Below, in pieces: positions 40,578-52,833 of a stretch of DNA of 63,775 nucleotides. Within the stretch, counting starts at the first letter, position 1. Each line of letters opens with the position of its first letter. The DNA is from Negaprion brevirostris (taxonomy: Eukaryota). A program made the translations under genes and the position numbers. Below the pieces are notes generated by a model. That model was not told the origin of the DNA and made no database searches. It saw only the letters and a program-made list of their open reading frames with translations. The stretch spans positions 39,746,380 to 39,810,154 of the forward strand of contig JARDVH010000097.1 of NCBI GenBank assembly GCA_030324005.1, in the 5' to 3' direction.

Positions 40578-42619
40578 ATAATTTCAGCCAGTCTGTGGAC
40601 AAAACTTGGAAACGAGACGCATCAGGCAATCAGAATGCATGATCTGTTTCAGTTTCAGGTTCACCTGAAAACCAACCTCCTAGCTATTTAGCTACAAGAA
40701 ACCTCTCAATTTGCTGTGAGCCCTTCACTTTATCCCACTTTAATACTTCACATAGATTCATCGGATCACAGACTTAGCACGTGGCAGACCAAAGATGGCA
40801 AATCAGAGACTGAGTTAACTGTCACCTGAAAAAGTGTTTAACCTTTAACTGGATCAAATCTTTGTGTGTGTGTGCAACTGAATGTGTGTGATGTTGCTTT
40901 TAATTCAGGGTGTGTGAGAATAAATAACTTTCTTTATTTTAAAGTCACTATAGCCTGCTATTGAATTATTTGTTTAGCATATATACTCCAAAGTTAAGAA
41001 AAGGCATATCTTTTTCCATATAAAGCATATTGATTCCGGTGGTAAGAAGACATTTCGTCCATGCAAGTAAATAGTTTTGCATTTATTTGAAAAGATTTTT
41101 AAAATTAAGAATGAATGTTGTATCGATCATTATTCTATGACTGGCATGATGTGAATGTGGTATGTTCATATTCTCTGCACACACACTTTGAATAATGCAT
41201 GTAATAACAAAGCATTTCAGAAATGGTTAGGTGTACTCAGAATATCCCATCTGTAAAGAGAACCTTGGCAATTAGCAGCTACACCTGAAGAGAATCAAAC
41301 ACCTGAGCAACAGTTGGTAACGCTCGTATTTAAAGCAGTCACCAGCACAGATGCAAGCATTGCAGATGTTACTGATAAAGGTGATGGCAAGGCATTGAGA
41401 GGAGAAAGGAAATGGCAGGCCAGTGCACATTGCAGAATTGTATGGGGGCACAGACATAGTGGGCTGGCTTTCCAACAGGGGAATATTAAAAAGATATGGA
41501 AAATCATTTGCCCATACATAAGTTTGTGTAGTTATCGCAATGCCTGTGTTTGGCTCTTTTAAAGAGCTTTTTGAAAAGTCTCACTATCTGCTCTTTCTCC
41601 ATAACCTTTCTTTCTCCTTGGTATCCACCACTCTCCCCATGGAGACCTCAGTGCTTGCAAATGTCAATACCTCTTCATCAGAGAACAGGTACAGACCTGA
41701 ACTACATCTAGTACTCTCCAGGATGTATGTCTCTGCACTAGTGGAGGGTGCAGGTGACTGCTCTGCTGTGACACATCTTCAGGTGCACTTTCTACCTCCT
41801 TCCCAACATCTTCAGTCACCTGTGGGCTGGGTGACTGCTGGATAGGGTCTCCTCTTCTTCCTTTGTCCTTTTCCTACTGACACCTCTAATGAGAGAGGAG
41901 GGAACAAGTGACTGCATGAGCTGTCTCCAACCTGGAGGAATGCATGACCCTACGTGCAATGCATGNNNNNNNNNNTACGGGATGGAGACCACTCATCAAC
42001 CTTTTCATCTCTGCAGACTTGGTCAAGTTCCTTCCCTGCCAGCTGGACTGCCCACTTTTTGAAATCAGTGAGGATCTTGAGATAAAGTCAGCCCCTCCAA
42101 TCTTCATTCTTCTCTCGCTCCGATTACACTTCAGCCTTTTTCTCTGCAGAGTGAAGAAAGGGTTGAGAGAACTTAGATTTCAGGTTATCTTTCCTCATGT
42201 GTCCAGTCTTACAATTAACGCACTGGATTGCATATTATCTGATTCCTGCACCGTCGGTTGCAAAGGGTTAGCACCCTCCAGAGAAATGAGCCCATGCAGA
42301 TTTCAGGATAAGGCTCACAGCGGCATATCATTAATGATGCGCGCTGGTACCCTCAACACCTGACCCCCCCTCTTGACAGCATCTGAGCTCTTTCAATGAA
42401 AAGGTCAGGGACCCACAGTGACCTCTCCACCTGCAGACTGGATGGACTGTACTGGGGCTTTGAGGGAATCACCTTATCACGTTGAGTAGCTTTTCTATGA
42501 AGGGCCTGCAAGGATGGTGCCTTGCCACTGAGGCCCAGGTCTCCTGCAGCATTCAGTGAGGTGTTCGGACAGCTGAGGCTTCACTTGCATTGGTAGAATT
42601 AATTAAGTCATTCATCTGT

Positions 42620-43312
42620 TTGTGGCATTGCACGAGTCTGAGTGTGGGTATGCACGTGCAGAATAGTATAAAGAAGGAAAATGAAATCTTGACATTTGTT
42701 GTTAAGAATCCGGAGTATAAAAGTTGTTGCAGTTGAATAAGACATTGGTGAGACCATACTTGGAGTTTTGCATTCAGTTTTGGGTACCTTCCTTGAGGAA
42801 GGATGTAGTGGCAATGGAAGTGGTTCAGAAGAGTTTCATTAGATTGATTCCAGGTTTGAAGGAGCTGTCGTATGAGAAATGGTTGCATAGCTTGGGCTTG
42901 TACTCGCTAGCGTAGAAGAATAAGGGGGGATTTGATTGAGGTATATAAAATACACAAAGGGATTGATTAAATAAATGTTAACCAAATGTTCTCCTTCTGG
43001 AACAGTCTAGGACAAGAGGTCATAGTTGTAGAGTAAGAGGGGGAGATCCAAGACAAAGATAAGGAGAAGCTACTTCTCACGGAGAGTTGTGAATATATGG
43101 AACTTGCTGCCCAGACTGCAGTGAATGCAGAATCAATCAGTGAATTCAGGAAAGAGAATGATAAATATTTGATCAAAAGTGGGATAAAGGGCTATCGGGA
43201 AAAGGCAGGGATGTGGAGTTAGGATAAGATGGAGACTGGCCATGATCATAAAGAGTGGTGGAGCAGGCTGGAAGGACTAAATTGCCTACACTCTCTCCTA
43301 ATTCCTATGTAC
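42620..43312 (+). mobile_element. CR1 LINE 3' end
   Basis: [52 protein letters not shown], plus 3'UTR. Confidence 0.9.
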
Positions 43313-43867
43313 TCTGGTGGAGGTTGTGGGCACTAATATCCCTGGAAACCACCTCCCATGCAGTGTTGGTCAGATTGCTCTGCCTCATCCTTCTCTGCTC
43401 TGGTTAGAGGAAGCTCCTCCTGCCTCCACAGTGTCACCGTCACTGAATTTGGAGGAACTGTGCTGGAGCTCCCTTTGCTTGGCAGTGGGCTATTCTCCCC
43501 TTCAACAGTGGATAAGTTGATGTCTGAGTGTCTTTTTAAATATGGCTGGCAGGTATGACAGCAGGGTGCCCTGACTAGATAATTCATCAGGCTGACATTA
43601 CGTGATATGGCGCAAACTCCCACTGAACTCACTTCTATCTGAATAGCAATCAGAGTCCTGGGTACATTATTAAACCCTGATTTGTATATTGAGAGGGTTG
43701 ATCCCTGAAACACTGCGAGCAAACAGTAGTAGGTTTCTTACGAAATGGCAGTGGCCTGGACATTAATAAGATGGCAGGCCTACCGATGTCATTTTCAGGT
43801 CCTTAGTGTCTCATTACCATAATTTTGGCCAAGGGATTATTGAGCACCCTATGTTCTTTTGACATAC

Positions 43868-44188
43868 TAGAATCATTGAATAGAATCCCTGCTATGCAGG
43901 AGGCCATTCAGCCCATCGAGTCTGTACCAACCAAAATCCCACCTAGGCCCTATTCCCATAACCCCACACATTTGCCCTGCTAATCCCCCTGACACTAGGA
44001 TCAATTTAGCATGGCCAAGGAACCTAACCCACAAATCTTTCAGACTGTGGGAGGAAACTGGAGAACCAGGATAAACCCACGCAGACATGGGGACAATGAG
44101 CAAACTCCACACAGGCAGTGACCAGAGGCTGGAATTGAACCTGGGTCCATGGCACTGTAAGGCAGCAGTGCTAACCATTGTGCCACCC
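43868..44188 (-). mobile_element. HE1-like V-SINE
   Basis: Reverse-complement full-length copy. Confidence 0.9.
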
Positions 44189-44205
44189 AAAAACAGCAAA
44201 AGCTC

Positions 44206-44279
44206 TGTCCCTGGATAGACTTGAACCACCAACCTTTCAGTTAACAGCTAAATAATCTGATTTATTTAAATCACCAAAT
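44206..44279 (-). pseudogene. tRNA-Asn(GTT) pseudogene
   Basis: Minus strand gctGTTaactgaaaggttggtggttcaagtctatccagggac matches the 3' two-thirds of vertebrate tRNA-Asn; 5' acceptor strand and D-arm are decayed. Confidence 0.75.
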
Positions 44280-45329
44280 CTCTGTGATTTGGCTTCTTTG
44301 CTCACTCTCTATATTTTCTCTCTTTTTTTCTTCAGCCTTATTGTTCTGACTTTACTCCCCCTCCCTCCATCTGCTATAATCTCCATTTTCTCGAACATAT
44401 TTTTGATTTCTTTGTGAATACATTTCTGTTTTATTTTCTGTTTTGTATTTGGCTTCGTTTCTAAGCAGCACAGCTGTAGACTGAGAAGGGAACAAAACGG
44501 AGATTTGGACAAAAAACAAAGATCGACAAACGAAAGCTACAAGTCACCAGTTACATTTTCCATGTCAATTATCTGTGCGTTTACAAGCTTGACAACACAT
44601 TCTGACAGGTACATTTTTTAGACATTGATTTCAACCTTTGTGTATGATAACATCCCACATGACTGGCCACTGATATGGAATTGAAAGTGGCAAGGAGCAG
44701 CAAGGTTGCCAAAGTAATAGAACATGCTTAATTAAGACATTAGAATGTAGTGCATTTGACTTCCATCAAACATCTCCAATGTTAACGTTTCAAGCCCATG
44801 AAAATTACTGATAATTGTCTTTGCATTTCAAGCCTCCTTCGGTTGACAAACACTTTTGTTCTTTGCTGAAACGTTGGTTTGACAAGCCAATTTTTGTAGA
44901 CATTGTGAAAATTGAAGCTGCCACTCTTTAAAGCTAGAACAACTGGATGACTGCTGATTCCCTGTCAAAAGTGTGATGTAATACAATCATAATTAACTCA
45001 TGCAGTGCTAAAGATGTAATTATGGCATTGTTTCCACTGTAACACCCAACTCCAGTGAGCAGCTAGAAATGGCCTCATTATTGCAGCTGTAGTCCTTATC
45101 ACACTTTTATTATGCTTTTATGAATAGACCCAGCAGCATAATTGTACACCTCCAGGAATGGCCACGCCAATGCCTTTCACTGAATCATTATCGCCTGCTG
45201 GGATTTGTGTGCTATCCCTCTAGTTATACAGCCTCAGATCCGGTTCACTTGCATTAACGCTGCCACACCGTGTTGGTTTCAGTCAACATCCTGACAAATT
45301 CCCATCTTACACTCTCCTGCTTTGTTCCT

Positions 45330-45560
45330 GTAGCTCGGTGCTCACTCTCTACCTCTGAGACAGAAGGTTCAAGTTCAGCTTCTGCTGCAGAGATTGGAAG
45401 ATAACACTTAGTCAGACTCCAGGGAAGTAATAAGCGAGTGCTGCAGTGTCCAGGGTGCTGTCTTTTGGATGAGGCATTATCACCAAGGGTTCTGCCAGAT
45501 AAAGGGAACAGCTCAAGCTACTGTGACGAAGAATAGGAAAGTTATCCCCAATGTCAAGAT
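45330..45560 (+). mobile_element. Deu-SINE (SacSINE1-like) 5' part
   Basis: gtagctcggtgctcactctctacctctgagacagaaggttc...gagtgctgcagtgtc. Confidence 0.65.
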
Positions 45561-47495
45561 GGCATTAATGAGTTGCAGAATTATTTGGCATTAATTATAT
45601 TTAATTAAATATTAGACATTTGATGGAATTAAGCTGTTGATTTAAAACAAAATAGATCCATTTCCATGTTTATCTTTGTTAAACTGAGGAATAGACCCGT
45701 AAAGCTGGACTATCAGATGATGATAGTAATGATGCCGCTGATTAGGGCTGTAAGAATCTATTAGGAATGGGAGGGATGGTTCACATGAAGTACTCCTGGA
45801 TCAATTGCTGTCTGATAGTTCTGCAGCCAGGGCACTGGTAGTCAATGTTGATGCTGGTCTCCCTGCTCCTTGCTTTCCAGATGATGGTAAGTCTCATGAT
45901 GACAAAGGTATGCAGCACACCTCCACAACCACAAATCTGGATCCCTATTCATGGCGCATGTCCCTACGTACAGCATTATTCCAAACAATGGAAAGCCTTC
46001 CTTGAGTCCTCCAACTGTTAGTGCTGTTTCTGATGGTAGCATTGCTCTTGTTGGAGGGCAGATCTAAAGCTGTGATAGCTTCCTAACAAGTGGTATAAGC
46101 AAAATCTGAAGAGGTTAACTCTTGTTGCTTTTTATCCAGAATTTGACCCGACAGCCTCACTGGAGGAAAGGCATTACATAGTCTTTGCACAGATGAATAG
46201 ATCATGACTATTGTTTAGAAAACATGCATTCTAAAAATGCCTCTGAAGGGAAAGAGAGTGCCACTTGTACAGTACCTTTCATATCCTCAGGATTTTCTCA
46301 AGCATTTTACAGNNNNNNNNNNNNNNNNNNNNNNNNNNNNNNNNNNNNNNNNNNNNNNNNNNNNNNNNNNNNNNNNNNNNNNNNNNNNNNNNNNNNNNNN
46401 NNNNNNNNNNNNNNNNNNNNNNNNNNNNNNNNNNNNNNNNNNNNNNNNNNNNNNNNNNNNNNNNNNNNNNNNNNNNNNNNNNNNNNNNNNNNNNNNNNNN
46501 NNNNNNNNNNNNNNNNNNNNNNNNNNNNNNNNNNNNNNNNNNNNNNNNNNNNNNNNNNNNNNNNNNNNNNNNNNNNNNNNNNNNNNNNNNNNNNNNNNNN
46601 NNNNNNNNNNNNNNNNNNNNNNNNNNNNNNNNNNNNNNNNNNNNNNNNNNNNNNNNNNNNNNNNNNNNNNNNNNNNNNNNNNNNNNNNNNNNNNNNNNNN
46701 NNNNNNNNNNNNNAAGGATACCTGTCATAGCTAATACAGGATGCATGAAAGATTGGTTTTGATTTCACTTGATTTTATTACTTTGATTTAAATTTATTTT
46801 AATGAATTTTTTTTCCATCAAAACTGTTTGCTAGACCAATCCCAAATAGTGGTATTATTCTTTCACTTGATTGTATCTCAGTGGAATTGGATTCTTAACC
46901 CAGGAGCGACAATAACTTGCAACTTTAACACGTTAAAGCAACCCAATGTGCTTCGTAGGAGCAATAACAAACAAAAGTTGCCTCAACCACGAAACATTTG
47001 GATAGATGATGAAATACTTGGTCAGAATGGCTGATTTTACAAATCACTTTCAAGAAGGATAGAGGCAAAGAAAAGGAGGAAAGGCTCAGGGAGGGACTAA
47101 CAAAGTTTTTTGACTCAAGGCAGCTGGAGACACATAGGAATATGGATAAGCCATTTAGTCCCTTGAGTGTATTATGTTATTTGATGTCCTAGCCCAATGT
47201 ACCCATGTTGACCCCAGTGGCATGGTGGCCAGTCGTCAGCGGTAGTGAACTTTTTAATTGAGGACTCTTTCTTGTTACTGATTTTATTATTTTGGCATCT
47301 TTTGTTCATTTGTTTCAGCTTAAAATCAATTCAATGGCTGACCCCTGCCATTAATGGGAAACGCTTAGGTCAGGATTTTCCAGCAGCGCTCACTCATCCA
47401 CTATGACTACTGGGGTAGCTGGAGCCGGAAAATTCCTCCCTTGACGTGTTCTAATGTATTGGTGTTTATGTCAGTACCATGGAACAGCTAGACCA

Positions 47496-47560
47496 GCAGT
47501 TCCCAAACTGCAGGTTGCAATCCTAATGTGATTGCAGAATAATCACATGGGGTCAGGACA
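47496..47560 (+). mobile_element. hAT-Charlie-like terminal fragment
   Basis: gctagac|cagcagttcccaaactg resembles the Charlie TIR next to a CTAGA-containing target. Confidence 0.45.
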
Positions 47561-47644
47561 CTATGGCTTTGCATTGGCACTGAGATCTGGGTGGTATCTA
47601 AGCCTGCTCTTGGCTTAGTCATCTATCAGCCTCTCTTCAAGCTG

Positions 47645-47962
47645 TTCATTGTAAAGACAATTGATAAATTGGAAAGAGTGTAAAGAAGGATGTTGCCAGG
47701 ACTAGTGGGCCTTTGTTAAAGGGAGCGGTTGGCCAGCCTAGGGCTTTATTCCTTGGAAAGTAGGAGAACGNNNNNNNNNNNNNNNNNNNNNNNNNNNNNN
47801 NNNNNNNNNNNNNNNNNNNNNNNNNNNNNNNNNNNNNNNNNNNNNNNNNNNNNNNNNNNNNNNNNNNNNNGAGTGGGATAGCTTGATCTTGGGTTTGGAC
47901 ATAGCTCGGCACAACATTGAGGGCCGAAGGGCCTGTACTGTGCTGTAAAGTTCTATGTTCTA
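47645..47962 (+). mobile_element. CR1 LINE 3' end (gapped)
   Basis: aaattggaaagagtg...ggatgttgccaggact...; tail gggccgaagggcctgtactgtgctgtaaagttctatgttcta. Confidence 0.85.
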
Positions 47963-48246
47963 CGTACAGTGCCCAGCTAAATACAAACCTGGGCAAATGT
48001 GCTGTGCCAGTATTCTATTCAGGGTACTAAGTGTTGTTAGAGAATTTGCTGCAGTCCATTCCCTGAGCTGCCAAGTGACCCTATGTTACCTTGAACCAGG
48101 CTAGCCTTATTTTGGCTGCTTTTGGAAAATGGCGAGGGGATGGGTGTATCAGTATGTAAAGCGAAATGTGTTAGAACTAGATAAAGCTTAGCTTTTGCAG
48201 TTTGATGCCGAGCTAACAACACTAACATCCACTTTCCTTTTTCCAG

Positions 48247-48318
48247 TCATATACAGAAGAATTGGTAGATCTTCATCGCAGGTTGATGGCATTACGAGAA
48301 CGCAACGTGTTGCAACAG
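48247..48318 (+). CDS. MLLT1: Internal (penultimate) coding exon of protein ENL, ANC1 homology domain
   Basis: 72 nt, phase 0/0, [24 protein letters not shown] versus human [27 protein letters not shown] (AF9 has MTLRERHILQQ); branch point cactaac, pyrimidine tract tttcctttttccag, donor cag|gtaaat. Confidence 0.95.
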
Positions 48319-48779
48319 GTAAATTACCAGTGCACCCGTGGAAACCACACATAGATCGGGGTCTCCTGCCCCCCCCTCCCCTCCCACGCTGCATCTTCCA
48401 CCAATGGAGGTGGCTCTCCATTGGCTGCCGGAGGGAATTATCCAGTCATTGGCTGTTGATGTTGCTTGCCAGCCATATCATCAGGGAAACCGTCAAGCAA
48501 GGTGGGGAGGGGGAGCCTTCAGCAGGGCTGGAAAATCCCAGCCACAGACAGTTCTTCATTGATACCATTGCTTTTAAGTGTTCAGATCAATCTCAATAAA
48601 CATTTTAACTGGAATTATTTTGAATGGTTGCATTCACTTTCAGGCAATAGGTTTTTTTTTCCGCTACAGAATTGCCACATGGACTCTCAAAATTTCCAAT
48701 CTGGTTGCCCCCGCAGAAATCTGCAACTTCTTGCTGGCTTTGAACACCTTTTCTGTATTACTCTTTTTGAGTTACTTTA

Positions 48780-49092
48780 GAGAATCATAGCATGTTACAG
48801 TACAGAAGGAGGCCGTTCTGCTTGACCACAATCCCACCCAGGCCCTATCCCCGTAACCCCGTGCATTTATCATAGCTCGTCCTTTAGACACTGAGGGGCA
48901 ATTCAGCATGGCCAACCCACCTAACCCGCGCATCTTTGGACTGTGGTAGGAAACCAGAGCACCCAGAAGAAGCCCACGCAGACATGAGGAGAATATGCAG
49001 ACTCCACGTCGACAGTGACCTAAACCGGGAATCGCACTCAGGTTCCTGGCGCTGTGAGGCAGCGGTGCTAACCACTGTGCCAACGTGCCGCC
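48780..49092 (-). mobile_element. HE1-like V-SINE (young, CpG-retaining)
   Basis: Head gggcggcacgttggcacagtggttagc on the minus strand. Confidence 0.9.
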
Positions 49093-49149
49093 CTATTTGA
49101 TTTGATTTTCACCAGGGTGATTAGAACTGATATTCAATATGGCAAAGGG

Positions 49150-49440
49150 TCATAGAGACATTACTGTGCAGGAAGAAGCTATTTGGCCCATCAAGTCCAT
49201 GCCTGCTTTCTGTACAATTATCCAGCCAGTCCCATTCCTCCTCTCTGTCCCTGCAGCTTTATTTGCCTCACTCACCCAAGTGATTTCCTTCTGAAATTAT
49301 TGATTGTCTCTACGCTGATCACCCTTAATAGGTAGCGAGTTTCAGAATTATGTTACTCACTGCTTCTAAAGTTCTTCCTCACCTCTGCCCTGTATCCCTT
49401 GCCCAGAACATCAAACCTGTGTCTCCTGCTCCTTGCATCA
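49150..49440 (-). mobile_element. CR1 3' end, old
   Basis: atttggcccatcaagtccatgcc...cagtcccattcc reverse tail. Confidence 0.65.
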
Positions 49441-49664
49441 AAGAAGAAGCCATCATTAGGAGCATGCGACTTTCAAATCATAGAATCCCAACAGTATAGA
49501 AGGAGGCCATTCGGCCCATCAAGTCTGTACCAGCCACAATTCCATGTAAAAATTGCCTATCTGTGTACATAATTAAAAGTCTACCTGCAACGCTTTTGAA
49601 GGTGCCACATCTGAAATTGTCATTTTAGATCATTGATCAAGTTGGACTCATCATGTGAAGGTAT

Positions 49665-50062
49665 CAGCCATGGCCCAGTGGTAGTGTTTGCACCTCAGGG
49701 TCAGATGATTGTGTGTTCAAACACCAGGCCAGAGACTTAAGCATCTCACCAAGGCTGACACGTCATTGAGGGACCGCTGCTTTCTGGATATTGATGGTAA
49801 ACTGAGGTTCTAACTGCTCAAGGTTGATGTGAAAGATCCCATGGCACTGTTCGAAATTCAGGCGAATATCCGGGCCAATATTTATCCTTCCTTCAGCTTG
49901 CATCACCAGACAGATGAGCAGGTCATTCATCTCTTTGCTGAATGTGGATCTTTGATGTGTAGACATTACTGACAATGTTTTCCTACAATAGTTCTTCAAA
50001 ACAACATCATCACCTGTGAAACACTTTAGGATATCTTAAATGAAAGGTACAATATAAACATC
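49665..50062 (+). mobile_element. Deu-SINE (SacSINE1-like)
   Basis: gccatggcccagtggtagtg head; aaagatcccatggcact; ggccaatatttatcc. Confidence 0.8.
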
Positions 50063-50119
50063 TGCTAAATTATCCCGTAGTGTCCAAGGATGTGTGGGTT
50101 ATGTGGAGAGGCCATGGGT

Positions 50120-50390
50120 AGCATGGTGGGACAGTAGTTAGCACTGCTGCCTCACAGTGCTAGGGATTCTGACCTCGGGTCACTATCTGTGTGGAGTCTG
50201 CACGTCCTCCCCATGTCTGCATGGGTTTCCTCCAGGTGCTCTGGTTTCCTCCCACAGTTCAAAAGATGTGCTGGTTACATGCATTGGCCATGCTAAATTC
50301 TCCCTTGGTGTACCCGAACAGGCATTGGAATGTGGTAACATGGGGATTTTCACAGTAACTTCATTGCAGTGTTAACGAGCCTAGTTGTGT
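50120..50390 (+). mobile_element. V-SINE subfamily B
   Basis: Head plus ggattttcacagtaacttcattgcagtgttaa tail. Confidence 0.88.
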
Positions 50391-50934
50391 AACTGCTTGC
50401 TAAATTGGAGTAATTATTCTGCTCTGACAGCATCTGAGCTGTATTTCTGTAGACAGGAGCTCCTGAAACATTTTTTTTAAAAACTGAAAAATCACTTTTA
50501 TACACTTTCATCACATTGCTTTGTAGTATGTTTGCGTGTCAAACAGAATAAACTCTGGAGCAATTGTGAAGATATTTAGGAGGCTTGCCTCAGCTGTCAA
50601 TCCACTTTAACTGAGGACAGCATCACACTGCTTTCTGTGGTGTTTAAAGCACAGCTTCACCTTCATGCTAGCAAAGCAAGAGATGCTGCAAACCCACCCC
50701 AGCATTCTGCAGCGTCCCAGCGTCCACTCTCTGCAGAATAAAAGCACTGAAACATCTCACACCATCTCCATCTGATACTGGAAATATCCTTCCATGCGTA
50801 ACTGTTTTTACGTTACATGGATCACTAACTCAAGCTTGCAAGGCCAGCTGTACCACAGTCATCTTCACTACCATCAGTCAAAGTAACCCTGAGGCCAACT
50901 TGCCTCAGAAGGGCCTCAGACGATTTTTAAAAAT

Positions 50935-52215
50935 TCTTCTTTTTCATTCATGGGACAAGGGCATCGCTGGCTGGGCAGCATTTATTGCCCATCCCAAGGT
51001 ATGCTTGAGAAGGTGGTTGTGAGCTGCCTTCTTGAATTGCTGCAGTGTACATGCTGTGGATTGACCCACAATGCCATTAGGGAGGGAATTCCGGGATTTT
51101 GACCAGTGATTGTGAAGGAATGGCGATATATTTGCAAGTCAGGATGGTGAGTGGCTTGGAGGGGAACTTGCAGGTGGTGTTCCCTTGAATCTGCTGCCCT
51201 TGTCCTTCTAGATGGAATTGGTTGTGAGTTGGAAGGTGCTTTCTAAGGATCTTTTGGTGAATTGCTGCAGTGCACCTGTATGCACTGCTGCTACTGAGCG
51301 TCGGTGGTGGGGGGGTGGCTGTTTGTGGGTGTGGTGCCAGTCGGCTGGGCAGTGTTGTCCCAGATGGTGTCAAGCTTCCTTATTGTCTTCGAGAAGATGG
51401 TGGTGAGCTGCTTTCTTTAGCCCTTGCAGTCCATGTGTAGGTACAGCCACATTGCTGCTAGGAAGGGGGTTCCAGGATTTTGGTCCAGTAATAATGAAGG
51501 ATCACCTGCTCAATCAAGTTGGGTGTGTGGCATGCAACAGCACTTGCAGGTGGTGGTGTTCCTATGCATCCCTTCTATGTGGTTGAGATCTTAGATTTGG
51601 AAGGCACTGTTGGAACAGCCTTAGTGAGTTGCTGAAATGCATCTTGCAGACGGTACATACAGCTGCCCCTGTGCATCGGTGGTGGAGGGAGTGAATGGTT
51701 GTTGTGGCAGATGTGATGTCAGTCAAGTGGGCTGAATTGTCCTGGATGCTATTGAATTTCTTGAGTGTTGTTGGAGCTGCACTCAACCAGCTAAGTGGAG
51801 AGCATTCCATCACACACTTGACTTGCACCTTGTAGATGGTGAATAGCCTTTGGGGCATTAGGAGATTAGTTACTTGCTGCAGCCTCCAACCTGCTCTTAT
51901 ATCTATATGGTTGATCCTGTTCAGTTTCTGGTCAATGACAACACTCCTCCCTCCCTGTCTACACACCACCCCCCCCCCCCACCCCGCGCCCCCCGCGCTT
52001 CCCAGAATGTTGATAGTGCAAGATTCGACAATGGTAATGCCATTTAATGTCAAAGGAAGATAGGTAGAATCTCTCTTGTTGGAGATAGTTATTGCCTGGC
52101 ATTTGTGTGACTCTCATTTTGCTGCATGTGGACATGGACACTTTCAGTATCTGAGGAGTCACGAGTGGTGTTGAACATTGTGCAGTCATCTGAAAACATT
52201 GACATTATGATAGAG
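50935..52215 (-). mobile_element. Two adjacent L2/CR1-group LINE 3' fragments (junction near 51385)
   Basis: Minus ORF FTIYKVQVKCVMECSPLSWLSAAPTTLKKFNSIQD...IHSLHHRCTGAAVCTVCKMH; the 3' segment gagaaggtggt..gagctg occurs twice. Confidence 0.8.
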
Positions 52216-52833
52216 GGAAGGAGAAAGTCTCAGTTTCTGGTGGTTTTCCATTTCCCTTTGCAGAGACACTGCTGTGTATCATTTCTCCCACCTAGTGGCT
52301 GTGTTGAGAACAGACAAATTTATTAGCCTACATCAACCAGCATTCTTTGGGATTCAATCTCAGTATTATCTGACTAGACTAAAGTTGAGCTGAACTGCTT
52401 TGTCTCCCAACTACATGATTTACTTAATTAATAAACATATTTTTTGTCTTTAAACATTTAGTTCAGTAAACCATTCAGTGCTCTATTTTAATTGTGTGTT
52501 TTGTTTGATTCATAGGCAAAAAACAGGGCTATCCACTACTTGTACTATATCGAGCGGTACAACAGCCACACGAGTAAGTATCTTTTGTTTATTATTCTGT
52601 ACATTTCTCATCTGTAGCATGATGAGTCCTGAGAAATTACATGCCAAGTGCTCACGAGAATGGTGTTGCAGTATATGTAGATAGTTCTGTGTCATCATAA
52701 GCCAGAGGATTTATAGATTTGTGCAAGTTTGCTTCCCCCCAGCCACCACAACCCAAACTTCTGGTTTGCTGATCCTGAATCATAAATTGTATCTGCCAGC
52801 ACATTATATGTTATGCAACCCCCACATTAAATA

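Noticed and set aside
41272-42590. Overlapping ORFs, possibly Harbinger-related remnants
   Set aside because: Motifs too degraded to support a call
48247-48318. Assignment to MLLT3/AF9
   Set aside because: Diagnostic residues YT and [11 protein letters not shown] match ENL, not AF9 (YL, MTLRERHILQQ)
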